Shown: one piece after another, positions 13,117 through 27,900 of the stretch
How positions within the stretch are numbered: position 1 is the stretch's first letter
Layout of the letters: the number at the start of each line of letters is the position of its first letter
NCBI RefSeq assembly: GCF_964355755.1
Contig: NC_092674.1
Coordinates: 29,760,001-29,824,000, forward strand
Source: Antedon mediterranea
Lineage: Eukaryota > Animalia > Echinodermata
Length of the DNA stretch: 64,000 nt
Direction: 5' to 3'
The notes under the pieces: generated by a model
Database searches by the model: none
Seen by the model: only the letters and a program-made list of their open reading frames with translations
What the model was told of the DNA's origin: nothing
Program-made: the position numbers and the translations under genes

Positions 13117-15012
13117 GTTGTTTCCACAATTAAAACTTGCGGTGAATTAGCAGTTCTGAGGGAAAATAAACAACAGTGTAATATATAAACAAACATTTTG
13201 CAAGAATTGTAATTTGAAAATGGCATTTCATGATCTGTTATATTACATCTGTGTCATCACCGATGATACATCGCCTTGACATTTCAGTGTCAAAGTTCAT
13301 CAAACAGCTATGTTAATATTTAATTTACATCATCAGTTGTAGTCAATCTTACCGGTATTTAAATAATTGAAAGAAATGTATACAAATAATAAAACATGCA
13401 TATTACCGTATAGGCCTACTATAATAAGCATACACATACAGACGAATAAAATATATGTACGCGCTGTTAACCTCTGGCAGGGAACGTAAGTCGAAAGGAT
13501 TACCGTAAACAATTAGCATCACGGTGTCGATGCGATGGTCGAATCCCTGTGTCTATTTTGAGGTCTGGACTCTGACAAGCAGACACACAGACAGACAGAC
13601 ACATACTATGATAGACGGAAGTCCGATAAGCCTTGGACTTACGCCAAGGTATATTGACAGAATAAGTTCGAGAAACAAGCATAACTTAGCTACTTACTTA
13701 AAACTACTGTAGTTTTTTTTAAAGATTAATGCATATGTTCCACTAGATACGCACACAAAAATAATCAATGCCGGCTAATTTTGTTCACACTAACATGCCT
13801 TTCACGTTAAGCTCACAATATTGTGGAGTTCGATGACAAAAAACTAATCATTTTCGTTGTACCGAAGAATACTATAATGAATATGTGATTACTATACTTA
13901 TTGATACGGCAAGACTGAAATAATACCGAAGGTATCACAACGCAGAATGATTTGTAAGCACGCGTGGTAATGATTATTGCTTAGTAGCCTTTGTTGACGC
14001 ATGTTATGCAATGACGTTAAAGATTACAATTAGTGATTAAGTTGCACTGTAATACTGTTTCAAAGTCAAAGTAAAATTCGTACAATAGATCATAGAAGTC
14101 GATGTATTGTTCTAATTTCCAATCACGGAGAGACAATAAACAGTTATGCAAGAAATATGTGACAATTAATACAGGTGATTGAATTATCTGCACTAACAAA
14201 AGATTCCATTAGTCATTGTGTAAGATATGATATTGATCTAAGTACAAACAGACGCGTGAGATGATGGTGGATATAGGCTAAGAATGTCATGCCAAGATTA
14301 TGAATTCAAAGGATGTTCTACATTTAAATATTGCCACGTAGGCTGAACTCAGCTCACTGTGAAAAGTTACTAATTTAGTACTTTATCTTAAATTGAATTT
14401 CATCATAGTTAAATATAGAGAGAGAGTATGTCAATTATACAATCTTTTGGAAACACTGCACAAGAATCCTTGAAAATACAAACTTTTTACATGACAAATT
14501 TGATCAATTTTCCTACTTTTATAAGGGAGTAATAAAAATATAGGGTAGGTGTGAGCCTAGAAAATACGGTAACATTCTTAGGCGCGGTCCAAATATTAAC
14601 TTAACTATTTACAAACTTTCAACAAGAAAACTGCAATACCAGACTATAGGCATTGTTACGTCAACCAAACGATAAATCTCTCTATTTTAAATAGGTATTA
14701 AATAGGAATACCAATCTGCGGATACTCTTTACCATTAGGTTAAGTTAAAGTCTCTGACTGAAGATATTTGTAACAATCTCTATTTTGAATCGATCTTCAC
14801 TAAGGCCTTGTAAAGTACTTAGGCCTACAGGTTCTTATACAATACCGACTTAAATTATATTTATAACGTAAAGTTGCTATAAAATCTTTGGAAAATAGTT
14901 ACCTAACTAAGTAAGTATATCATAATAAATGTTCATCGCAGTTTCATTAACAGTAATGCATCTAACCATAATATCATTAAGATTGAACGTGAATATAAAC
15001 TTTGAAACTTAC

Positions 15013-15100
15013 CTTGAATTTTCGTTAAAACCCAGAATTCGTCGATAGCTGTTCCATAACTTGCTTTCTGAATCTCAACATAAACAAAGCAAATTGCAGG
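15013..15100 (-). other. Candidate 5' UTR exon of the PKS (upstream boundary unknown)
   Basis: Strong donor AAG|GTAAGT at 15013. The ATG-containing exon has a clear acceptor (tttattttccctcag) starting at 13155, so an upstream non-coding exon is required. Confidence 0.45.
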
Positions 15101-16956
15101 TGATAAAACAAGATTAATATCTGTATAAATATCAATTTATTAGAGATTCATTTGAAGAAGTCTTAACCCGCTTGCAGGTTGTCTTCGAGTGAACGCTATT
15201 TACATCGCTCTCAGGCTCTACAACAGCATCTAATTAATTTGGTCAACAATTTCCATTTCCCGCTGACCCTGTTATGTAAAAGAACTGAAGACTTGTCTGC
15301 ATTTCCTGCCGATGACTAAACTTTGTGATTTCCAGTCGTTTCTCGCTTTCCTTTAATTTTCTGTCCATGTTTATTTAAAGAGGAAATTGAAAAGGTCCGC
15401 CTTGGCTGAATCGTTACGTTGTCTGTAACTTGAAAGTTAATGAAATAATCACAAATTAAAGACGCTGTTTACGCAACTTAAATAATAAATAGGATTCGTT
15501 ATTGACGCTTAGTGTTATTTGGAATCAGTTTTATACTATGTTATTGAACGTATGTATCTATTGGTTTTTATAAGTGTTAAACGTACTGTTCAATGTAAAT
15601 GAACTAAAAATGTGTAGATAATGTTAACAGAACAAACCATTTCTTTATAACATTAGGTATAAATGAAAGAATTAAAAACAATTTGTCATCAAGATTGAAG
15701 AAAGGTGAATAATGAAATTAGACGAAAATCATGATAACAATTGTAAAATAAAAAGGTCGAAAATGAAATTTGAAAATATTACTTCATTGATAAAGGCCGT
15801 ACAATACAATTAATTAGTTAGTTTAAAACATGGAATTTTCCTTAAACAGTGGACATAATTATCTAACAGACGAAGTATCTAAAAGTAATAATTCTTTGTT
15901 TTCAGAACAATTGCAAAGGACGCATTTTAATTGCTAACTAATGGTTTCTCTGACGTATATTATCAATGTAATGTATTCATATGGGTTCGTGATTACGTAC
16001 AATGTTTTTTAGATTGTAAACATATTTTAAACATTATTTATATCTTGATTTTATTTCGACGTTTTAAGAAGCTCTAGAGCACATACTTTGGTTAACAAGC
16101 TTGTAGTAGCGGATGTTGTGCAACACAATCAATGTAAATTCAAGGTAAAGTATTTGTAATACAATAATTAATAATATCTCTACAAGCAATAGGCCTACAC
16201 AAAGTCCGCCTAATTTAATGAATTTCTAAATACAATGATATCAAGTCTAAATTGAAATTTTCGACAACATCAAGATATCACATAGTGGTTTGCCTCTACT
16301 CTTGAATATTGTTTGCGGGAACAAGTTGGCTAAACAAGTATGATGATTAAGTAACTATATAATACGAAGTATCTTTAAAAAAAGAGAGCAGATGCTTGCC
16401 TTTCTCTGACGCAATTGTAGGCGTACTGAATGATCAGTAGGCTAATCAGGGCATAGCTACAAGTTGTTGAAAACATTTTGCGATTAAAAAAAAAAATAAC
16501 GTCTGATGTAAAGCTCGGAATACACTATAAACCTTTAAGTCAAGGTTTAGTCCAGGACTAAAGTTAGTCCTCTTTCATGAATACCATTTCGAGATAGTCC
16601 AGGACTAAATCCAGAGATAGTCCAGGACTAAAGTTAGTCCCCTTTCATGAATACGGGCCTATGTGACTAAAAAATGTGATGTGCCCATATCATACATGGA
16701 CACGATGATGTTTGATAGTGTAGACAGAGCTTTACGTCTAAAAAAACGAAAAATCGAGTATAAAAATTAAGTTTGAAATTGTAAATAGGTCACGTGATAA
16801 TATAACATTAATATTCTATTCAAGTTATCAAGTGTATTTGTGACGCAATCTTCATACCCACGTGGTTGTACATATTAAGTTGATGAGTAAAGTTAATTAC
16901 TTAATTAATTACGGTAGTTTCTGCTTTGACAGGATACGTAGATAAATGTTGTTTTA

Positions 16957-17135
16957 AGTTTGGTTCCCACTAGAACGTAACGCAAGGACGTAAACGCAAC
17001 GTAAGCGTGTTGACCAATGACAAGCGAAGTTATAGACAGTTAGCAATCACAAGCAAATAAGCCATCGCTTGTGATTGGTCAATTCACTTGCGTTGCGTTA
17101 CGTCCTTGTGTTGCGTCGCTAGTGGGAACCACGCT
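16957..17135. mobile_element. Harbinger-like MITE family B, nearly fully palindromic
   Basis: TIRs AGTTTGGTTCCCACTAG and CTAGTGGGAACCACGCT, flanked by TTA on both sides. Internal inverted arms AACGCAAGGACGTAA/TTACGTCCTTGTGTT and TTGACCAAT/ATTGGTCAA. Degenerate relatives at about 17779-18030 and 37078-37200. Confidence 0.8.
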
Positions 17136-17189
17136 TTAGGGAATAAAAAACATAACAAATACAATCATAGCCTAAGTATCTTATTCTTA

Positions 17190-17317
17190 AGCTCTGTCTA
17201 CACTATCAAACTTTATGTGATAACAAAATGTGACGTCGTGCCCATATAGGTCACATCACAACCCTATTTGGGAACGTCACACTTTTTTTTTACTAGTTTG
17301 ATAGTGTAAACAGAGCT
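17190..17317. mobile_element. MITE family A, copy with intact TTA target-site duplication
   Basis: TTA|AGCTCTGTCTACACTATCAAACT...AGTTTGATAGTGTAAACAGAGCT|TTA. Copies at 39292-39426 and 43111-43261 carry TAA/TAA. A TWA TSD is characteristic of PIF/Harbinger elements. Confidence 0.85.
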
Positions 17318-18938
17318 TTAGGGAGACCAAGTCCCCATCTCCATTAAAATAACATAGCTTTTTGGGAAGAGGGTTTAAGTGTGGTAATGCGATAGTCGAC
17401 GACAATAATAATCACGAATTTAAACATTAATTTAAGCACGATAATGTAGGCCTCCGCACGGGTACGCTGATTCTACTGTTTTCCTGTATAATACAACTAA
17501 TTACAAATGTTAGGTAATTTTCTTGAGAATAAACTTATGACGTAACTTTGACAATTATAATTAAATTTGTATTTTGACAAAAAAAGAAAGGAAACTTATC
17601 CGCATCCTCTTTCGTTTGTCTCTCGAAATAAACGAGAACATCCTTTATTAATCTCCGCAACTGCAATTGCTTTATTTATAACTATGCTATTTCTGCTTTG
17701 AAAGTTACAATAACGGAATAACGGAGTACGGAAGATGTCACACACAGCGCGCAGAGTGGTGGCTTATACGCGTTATCTCAAGCTTTCCACTTGTGTGTGT
17801 GGACGCAACGACGTACGTAGGCACAACGCAAAGTTTACCAATCACACAAGCGACAATCCGAATAATCAATCGCGTCGTGATTGGTTAGATTAATTGCGTT
17901 TTGCGCTTACGTATTGCTGGCGTTGTGTCAAAGTGGGAACTAACTTAAGTTGACCAATCACAAGCGCAGTTCAGATGATCTATCGCGTCATGATTGGTCA
18001 AATTACTTTACTCTTTTTTATTTGCTGCGCCACAATATTATGTTACAGTACTCTATAAACACAAGTACATTACAAAAATACATCGCACAGATAATAGCAA
18101 TGTAATAATGTATTTAGAAATAAACTACCTGTATTTAAAAAATATGAAAATAATATTGCATTACTATTCAACTTGGAAGGCCATTGACCCACAATTATAA
18201 CCGTATTAAAGCACTTCCTTCCCATACATTACTTTACACTATAAAATAATAAAATGTCATTAGTATTGGAAGTGTATAGGTAGGTGTACCCACAAAAGCA
18301 AATACATCCAAATCAAATCCTAATCCACACATCCCGTACATATCAATATGGGTGTGTTGAACTGCTGACTAAGCAATTTAATCGAAATACTTTGTTTGTG
18401 TATAAGTGGGTATTCGCAGGAATTCTGGTTGGCTGGTGCGTATAATAACATTGTTAGTTCACTTCTACTTGTATTGGACGACTAGGTAGACACGTGTCAT
18501 CCAGTCTACACGTCGTATAAGTACGGGTACATTCTTTTTTACATGCAAACTTCTGGGGAAAATGCTGCTGTTATCAGTCAGTGATTGGATCTCAATTTAA
18601 AATACGTACTTTTTATATTAATAACAAAGTAAAATACCATTTATCAGTTATTGACAAAATGCTATTGATTGGTTATTGATAAAATATTATTGATAACTTA
18701 TTGATAAAAAATTATTTTTAATTACTAATAATTAACATGCACGATTATTGATAACATAATATAGATATATGTTGTGCAGACTAGATAGGTAATATTCATC
18801 AAAATTATATTTTGAAATGTTAATAGAACTTTTATTTTAAAATATATTACACAATTTATAGAATATTTGCACTTTGATACAAAATAGTGATGAACTATAT
18901 CAATAGGTGTCCAATGTCGGGTGTTATACGGTCAGGGG

Positions 18939-21900
18939 TCAGATGTCCGGTGTCGATACTGTCAGTATACCTGATGTCTTCAGACAGTCAATCCCACCAT
19001 GCATCACACAAACTTTTGGGAAGTTGAGTCGAACAAGTTGAGTTGCAAACTAAAAAAGAAAGAATTGAAATATATCAGTTAGTCTAGGTTCTAGACGGGG
19101 ATTTGGCTCAGTATTAGTAAGAAGATAAATATTTTGGCACACACAGTGTGTCATACATATACTCGTGTTGGAATCTCCTAATTATGGACAAAAATTAATG
19201 GAATTTTATAAAATAAAAAGACAAAAACTACAGACTAGGGAAAGTCTATATATCAGTGTAGAGTAACAATATTATAGACTGTATCTTCTGAATAAGAAAA
19301 TTAATAATTAAAATTAAAACATTTTAATGAAGTCTCACATTTGAAGCGTTCTTTCCCCTGTTGCCCACAATGACGATCACCCTGCCTTTTTGCATGTTCA
19401 AGGCGGTCACAGCTGGACATTGGACAAGGTCACCTTCTGGGGAGAAGGCTTGGTCAAAGGGAACATTGTAACTGCCAGGAATCTGACCTCTTGCGAAACT
19501 GGACACAAACAAATTAAGGAAAATACTGAACAATAAGTACAGAAAATATTTGATTGATTAACTCAAAATTTGGTTTAATACAGAATATTGAAACTTTAGT
19601 GGTCTCGTATAAAATATACAAGAAATCAATACGTTGTCAGCACCTCATAAAAAAACATAAAAACACTTAAATAATATAATAATTCTCGACTTTCAAATAT
19701 ATTTCTGTATATAATGAAGATATGACTTATGAAAATATACAGTGATACACAAACCAAATTAAAGAATCTGATCTTTAGGGCTAAAGCTCTGTCTACACTA
19801 GTTTGACAAAAAAAGTGTAATGTGCCTAAATATGCTAGTGATATGACATCATCATGTTCATATATCGGCAAATCATATTTTTTTGTCACATAAAGTTTGA
19901 TAGCATAGAGAGAGCTTCATACAAAGCCTATGTTTAGACTCAATTTGTGGAAATACATGATTGGCTCATTTAATTTGACAGGTTAATGAATTGTGAGTGT
20001 GGACGCACTTTATACATAAAACTATACAAACAGAAAATGGCTTAATTTATATATTAACAATACAATTGAACACATAATATACAGTATAATATTCAATACA
20101 ATTGAACACATAATATACAGTATAATATTCAATACAATTGAACACATAATATACAGTATAATATTCAATACAATTGAACACATAATATACGGTATAATAT
20201 TCAGATATATTTACATTCATTATCTTTCTTACTAAGTTTTAATAAAAATAATAATTAATAAATTGGAAAGTTGTCAAGCACTATCAAATTAGAAAATTAA
20301 ACACATCCAAGAAAACAGGAAATAATCTATTAAAGTAAAATGTTTTGAACGTAGTCAATTACAAAGGATACTCTTCACTGCTACGTACATCTACAATCAG
20401 TATCATCGGCTTGCCAGATTTCGTCTTCTTTGTCGGACTGCGCGAAATCATTCCGCGGAGTCCGCATAGCTCAAGTAGATCCTCTGCTGAAATTCTTGGA
20501 CTCTTCTCGGATTTTAGATCTTGTAGGGTCATAGCATCGCGGGACTACAACCATAAACATTATTTACGTTAACATTTAAAACAGTAATTTGTATGTATTT
20601 CTTTATCTATTATCTATTTTATGTCTACAGTATGTCTACTAATATGTGTTTATCTATATATAAATTTACGTAAGGGCAAAATTCGGTAAATCGCGCCTTA
20701 CTTCTATAATTTTTACTCGATGGTATATAAAGTTGGTTCGTACTTTCGGTACTGATTTTAACCACCTGATGTAACCCTGTTTACTAATTAAATTAAGTTA
20801 GATAATAAGTTATTGACGGTTAAAACGAATTTAGGTTCCAAGATTTGCCCCAAATAGGGGTGTTTTCCGACCGTGGTATACACTGTATAATGGATGTCCG
20901 TCTTGAAAAATACCCGCCACAAAAATGCGAGGAGGCTTCGCATTTTCCTATCTCCTCCTACGATAATTGTTTTTAATAGCTGAAAACCGGTTGAACAGCT
21001 AGAGTACACCATCATAATGTTGAAGACAGGCCGATTTTCTTTAAAAAATACTATTTTGATAGATTTAATATACGATTATACAAATCTATTGATTTGCGAT
21101 GAATGGAACATCCCAATCTCTCAGTCTGCCAGAGTTTGGTTTAACACAAGTACAGTAGGTAAATTTATGAGCCCTTGGTTTAACACATACGGTAGGTAAA
21201 TATATGGGCCCTTTGAGAATAAACTTGCGAGATTGTGGATAGGCTCTACTGTTAGATATATAAACACATTATTATATACAAATAAACTTTATACTGACAG
21301 TTCTTTCTCAACGTTTGTATTAATTAATAATTACCAAATATAAACGTCGTAGTGGTGTATCGTGACATGGTACTTTAATATTTCAATCGATTATGACAGT
21401 GACAGTTTTAACTAAACTAAATAAAGAATGTTCTCTAATATAATTAGGAATCTCTTGCCATACACGGGGAAAATTAGTGTACAATGAATATTTAAAAGAA
21501 ATAAATAAATAAATAAAATAAAAAAAGTATTAAATCGCAAATGTTTTACTGTATTTAGAGGTATATTATTTATAGGCCTATAAAACATGAAAAAAATATT
21601 TCGTTACTGAGTGGATAAAGAAAATATTTAAAAATTGTTCCTCTTTGTACCTATCCGCTTTCCCATCCCTCTCAACCCTAATGTTACATACAAAACAAAA
21701 ATTGGGTTTCTTTAAATGAGTCCAAATCAAAAACTTGGACTCATTTTGTGATAAGTTTCTCCTTCGGAAGTAATTCCCAGGGTGCTAATTTTAGTTGACT
21801 ACATAAATCATCGTGTCTATTTATTCGTTTCTGTAAACGACAATGTATAGGCCTATAGTCCTGCGGTACGTACATTTGAAATCGCCAGTTTTGTTACGCT

Positions 21901-24900
21901 GAAATTACTGTGTATTCGAGAACCATCTGTGGGCACGACCTAGATGGTACGCGAGCGAAGCGAGCGTACCATCTAGTATTTACAATTTTATGAACGGTGT
22001 GATACTTACTAATTCCGAACGTGGAACATCATGACAATCCGTACTGTAGTAGGAGACAGGTTTTATTTGCGAGTAAGCACTATCAGTTGCGTGACCGCGG
22101 GGAGGATGCGCATGCTGCCGATAAGCGGCGCTTTTCGGGATTCCGCAGAATACTCTTATAGATTCTTTTACACATCTTTCAATGTCAATTTCTACAAAAT
22201 AAAAAATGTTATTGTGTAATATCACTGAGTCAAAAATGGTAGTGATACGCCTACTATGGTCCGTGGAGGGCCTAATTCGAATTTATCTACCAAAAAAAAA
22301 ATCATCATGTTCATATATGGGCACATCACATTTTTGTGTCACATGTTTGATAGTGTAGACAGAGTTTAATATCACTGAATGGATGTGATAAAACGGATGG
22401 GAAAGTGGATGTGATATGTCTGAAGGAGTTTAAAATTAGTTTGAAACTTATAATATTAAAAAATGAACTATGTAACATTATACAAACTTGATTAAATTGG
22501 ATTGTACACAAACTATATTAAGATAGAACTCAAGTTCAAAATACACCGTAATCCCTATGTGTACTGAATTAATTGAGATGTCACATCTGTCGGACAAATA
22601 TGAATATTTATATTATAAATAAATCTTACTAATATATACAGGAGACTAATTTTAGAAAACTAAATAATTATAACAAAGTATTAAGAATATTTAATAAGTT
22701 ACATTTCGGAAACACGCTAAACGTTTTGCAATTTTTGAAGTAGTTTACTCAAACTCACGTTTATCTTAATTTTACTATGCTGTCGGAAGTTCGGCAACAT
22801 TATTGACGACATCACCTTACAACACTTTGGTGTCAATCAAGGACTTACGAAAGTTTGAAAAGCTCTCGGAAAAAATCTGCATACAAAATTGAAATAAGTA
22901 TCAAAACTTACCTGGCATGTCTGAGAACAGCAAGATACATTCATTGAAGCCACTAGCAAGGAGACCAGACCTCAGCTGCTGTAAGATGGCAACACCGATG
23001 CAAAGAGGGAAAGATGAGTTGCCTAGCAACAATGTATCCCATAAATGAAAAAGCTTGTGCAATGGAAAGACATCTGAAAATGAGAAAAATTTGAAATAAT
23101 AAATAAATCTAATAATTAAAAATATTATTAAATAATAGTTAAACATAATAATAAAAGCTAAGATAATAAAGCAGATTTTTGTAAACATTATCGGCTCTAC
23201 TGACTACGACGGCATGTCAAATGTATCCATGTTACATTTGTTTAACGCATGGAGTCTGAACTATGATTTGGTTGTTAATGCCTCTCATATCCTTTTTGTT
23301 TAAACATTTATTTAATATTTTTTATTTTTGTTTTGTGTTTCATTTGTTTACTTGTTGTTATTATTGTGACAATACTATAACGATGAAAGTCAATAAATGA
23401 ATTGAATTGTTTAAAATGTTAATTTGATACTAGATAACAAGAGTTACTAACGAGCAAACATGGTAAGGAACCAAGGTATGGCGTACAGTTCTGGTATGAA
23501 GCCTATACTCTCCATGTGGTTGCTAAGCTCTGGGTCATGAAAGGTTATAAGATGTGAAAAAACAGCCAGATATTCTGAAACAAAGACAAAACAATAGAAT
23601 TACAGATAATCTGTTAAAATAAAGTGGTTATTGTTTGGCTATACAGAGTTATATGATTTAGTTTAAAATTAGCATAAATTAGCATAAATTAGCATAATAC
23701 TACTAAACATTAACATTAGTTAATCATCTTTGTAAATTCAGCAAGATTTCTAAAAAAAGAACAATAATAATAATAATACAGATAATCTGGTAAAATAAAG
23801 TTTTATTTAGTATTTGTGTATACAAATCATGGCCAGGATTTAAAAGTATAATATATATACTACATAATACTACTAAACATTAACTGTTGTTAATCATCTT
23901 TGTAAATACATACCTTGTATTACGGCTGAATTGTCCTTTAAGAAGAATTTATAGAGATATTTAGGAATAAATGCTGACAAACAGGCATATGCTAAAGCTG
24001 TTAAAAACAAACATCTGATCCATTAAAAAGTAGGAAAGTAATAAAAACTACAATAAAATACACTATTCAACTTCAATCAAGTGCAATAGTATAATATATA
24101 AGTACACTATTCAACTTCAATCAAGTGCAATAGTCTAATCTATAAGTACACTATTCAACTTCAATCAAGTGCAATAGTCTAATCTATAAGTACACTATTC
24201 AACTTCAATCAAGTGCAATAGTCTAATCTATAAGTACACTATTCAACTTCAATCAAGTGCAATAGTCAAATCTATAAGTACACTATTAAACTTCAATCAA
24301 GTGCAATAGTCTAATCTAGGCATAGTCCATTGTGAAAAGATAGATACACTATAACATGTAGTAATAATTGCATCCTAGTAAATAGTCCAATGAAATCTTA
24401 AAAATCAATGTAAAAATTAATTAAATATATTGGTTTTATTTCTATATAAACTACTGTACCTTCATTGTTAAAATTTAAGAACAAAAACGGCGCACATAGT
24501 GAATCCAGACCTAAGTTGACAAAGAATATGATAAGATATAAAAACACTACATAGTGAGAATATGATAGTATATTGTTTGAAGGTACATGGCGTAATCAAT
24601 ATGTTGAAATAAATTTAGCGGTACAAGAATATGAAAAATAAGACAGGTTGATAATTGGTGTAAGGGCTTGGAATAAATGCTTGCTTACCCTGCCAATAGA
24701 CTAAATCTGGATGTGACACCACCCAAGCCTTCAGAATCCTCTTAAACTTCAAATGTGCCACTGGAGAGGACAACAGCTCAGAGTACTGGTGACATCGAGG
24801 GATGTCCACCTCAATCTGACGGTCTGTTGATGTCATAGTATCCTTATCTATTGCGCAATACTTCTCCATGTAGTCTCCCTAAAGATAAAAGAAACAAAAA

Positions 24901-27900
24901 AGCATACCTAAATTTATACAGCATGCCTCTTTGCGTAGAAGAGCAGAACCAGATGGTAGAACCCTTAAGGGAACCAGCTGAATTAAAGCATATCGAGTAT
25001 CTCATTATTGTTATGTGGAAAGGAAGCTGAACGAAATGCATGGTACAAGCTGGGTAATGTGCAGCCGTTCACCCACAGAAAAACTACATCTCTTGTTGTT
25101 CTTACCTCAATAATAAGAAGAGCTGCCCAAATCTGGTTCCTAAACAATGGACAACTATCCACCCTGGCTTCTTTGTGGATCTTGTTGACTGTATACGGAT
25201 AACCTTTAAGAAGGCGCTCATACAGTACTACTCTATGAAACTAAAAACAAAACGTACAGATTTAAACATTTTTATTTTTTTGAAAAATAATGTACCATAC
25301 TTTGTTTGCATTGAAATTAAGTAATACGTCCATTTGATGATGGTAAAGTTAAAGTATGTCATACATACCTGATATTCTATGTCTTTTTCTCGTATGATCA
25401 GTGGCAGATTTGCTGTTTCTGATATGCTGTTGTTACTAGTTGAATGCGGTAATGATCCCATACTTTTTCTATTATAATATAACATGATGATTATTAAACA
25501 TTCATAACAGAAACAAGCAGTGATGGATCCAGGATTTTAAAATAAGGGATCAGAGCCTCAAAGTTGTAAACTGAAGTAATAATAATGTTATGTTGTTTGA
25601 TTTATAAAACGCTTATACAATCAAAAGATTGTCCCAAAGCGCTGAGAGAAAAAACAGAAAGAAATTATAAAGAAAAAAGATGGGTTTTTACTTAACCAAT
25701 GTTCTATCCTTTGCATTGTACTCTTTCAAAATTAAAATGAATGGATTTGAAGAAGAATTATAACGTCACTTGATTCAAACTTACATTACACTAATTATTA
25801 CTAATTATAATATATATAATGGAGAATTTAAATAAAGACCTATTTTTTTACGAATAAATAAACTGATATTTATATTTCTTTCTTATTCAATACATATAAG
25901 TAGAAAAGAAAAAAAAGTGGAAATCCAGAAAACAAGACAATCTTACTCATCCTCAAGAAGTGGGTAATATGCTTCTTCGTCAACATTCTGAAGACGTTCT
26001 CTCAATTGGTCCAGTGACAGAGGTATAATGGTGTCATCAAACAATGCACTGGTATCTCTTTCTAAACCAAACACGTCACCATCCACCGTAAATACACTAA
26101 AAGCAAGATAAAATAAATATCAATATGAATCTACTGTATACGCGGTTATCTCTGAGATTATTGCCAAACAGAAATACAACCATAATAAAATGCTATCTTC
26201 AAAAATCTTTTTTTGCAGAAGCATGCAAATTCCTTAGTTAAATTTGATAAATTATTAATGTTAACAAAAAAATAATACCAATATGTGCATTATTTATGCA
26301 GAAATGCTAAAAAAAAAACGTTTAAAAAAGTTAATTTTAATCATTAGTGAAAAACACAAAAAAAATTAAATAAAATCCCATGATGTAGTTATAAAAAACT
26401 GTATCAAAGATTTGTTTAGTTGTGGCGTGGCAAATGCAAGGTCATAGGTCAATTTGTGCAACAGCATGCCATGCTACAGACCTGCTACTTATATTGCTAC
26501 CATGACGATATTGCGCAACAAGTATAGCTCTAAAAAAAATAGTAATTACATAAATCAATCACAATGAGAATAAAGTTTTGATAAAAATTTAAAAAAATTA
26601 TTTTGACAAAAATTTAAAAAAAATATTTTGACAAAAAATACAAAAAACATTTTGACCCATCCAACAGATTGGAGATACACGTACAATACAGTCAACTCTC
26701 TCAATACCAAACACCTTTGGGCAGAGCATATCTAGTTTTCTGGAAAGTGTGGTATTCGGAATGTGTTTCTAACCTCAAGAAAAGTCTGGTTTTGGGAGAG
26801 TTTCCGGTTTTCAGAAATTCCGGTATTGGGAGAGTCCGTAATAACAAAAGTACTGAAATAATCTCACCTTGCTACTCCGCATATTGGTGGATGTGACCTT
26901 ATTAGGGTTTTTTTCTTAAGCTCACTTTCTAAATCTCCTCCAGCTAATCCCCATAAATAATAAACCTCATCTATTGAACGCATGGCTAAGTGATCAATAT
27001 CCTCTGTAACAAATAACATTTTATAATCAATACTTTTCTTGTATTTTCCACAAAAAACATGAAAATGAAGTTTAATAGAAAAAGATTTTGAATAGGTCTT
27101 AATAAAGTTTAGAAAAAATAAATAAATAATTATGTTTTAACTTATAAAAAGACAAAATAAAAGATTAAATTCAACCACAAACCCATTGACTGGCAGCCAA
27201 TAATTTTTACAATTTTTTTGCCAGTTTTTTCAGGTAAATAAATTTTTGTTCATAAAATTTTTAGTTTAGACATTAAAATGGCACATTCAACAACAAAATA
27301 ATTGTTAAGGACAATATATCATTAATATTCAATACTTTTATTATATTTATTCTCATTGATTTATGTAAGCAAATAATGGGTAGAAAGAAAAAGAATCCAT
27401 GTTGATACCTTTATGGTTTGTGTCTATATATTCCTCTAACTCCAGTTTTTCACATCTTATTCCTGTGTACTGGAACATTGTTTTCTGGCTTCTAAAGTCT
27501 GCATCTGCTGGCTCAAAACCTTTAAACACTGGATCTTGTAGGAGCTCACATGGTGTTGGCCTACAAAATTAGAGCCTGATTTCAGAACTTTCGTAATAAA
27601 TAAAAAAAAGTTTGTCCGTATATCTACAAATCCATTTCAGATAAGGTCTATTTTCCTTTTGAATTCTAAAATATTTTTAATCTATTCTTTTTTTTTTAAA
27701 CTGTATGTATATTGGGATATAACAATCTTAGTCATTTATTTCTTTATTCATCATCACTTACCTTTCACTGACAGAAAGTGACAAGCATCGTCTTACAATA
27801 GATTTAAGATTTTCAGGTAACATCTGTAATATAAATTAAAAAAATAATGTTATTTTCCAAAATATACACAAATTATTTATTTTGTATAAAACCTACAGTA

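Noticed and set aside
15240-15370. 41-aa minus-strand ORF (MDRKLKESEKRLE...) upstream of the PKS
   Set aside because: Short, ends before the 15013 donor, and has no recognisable similarity; at most a uORF.
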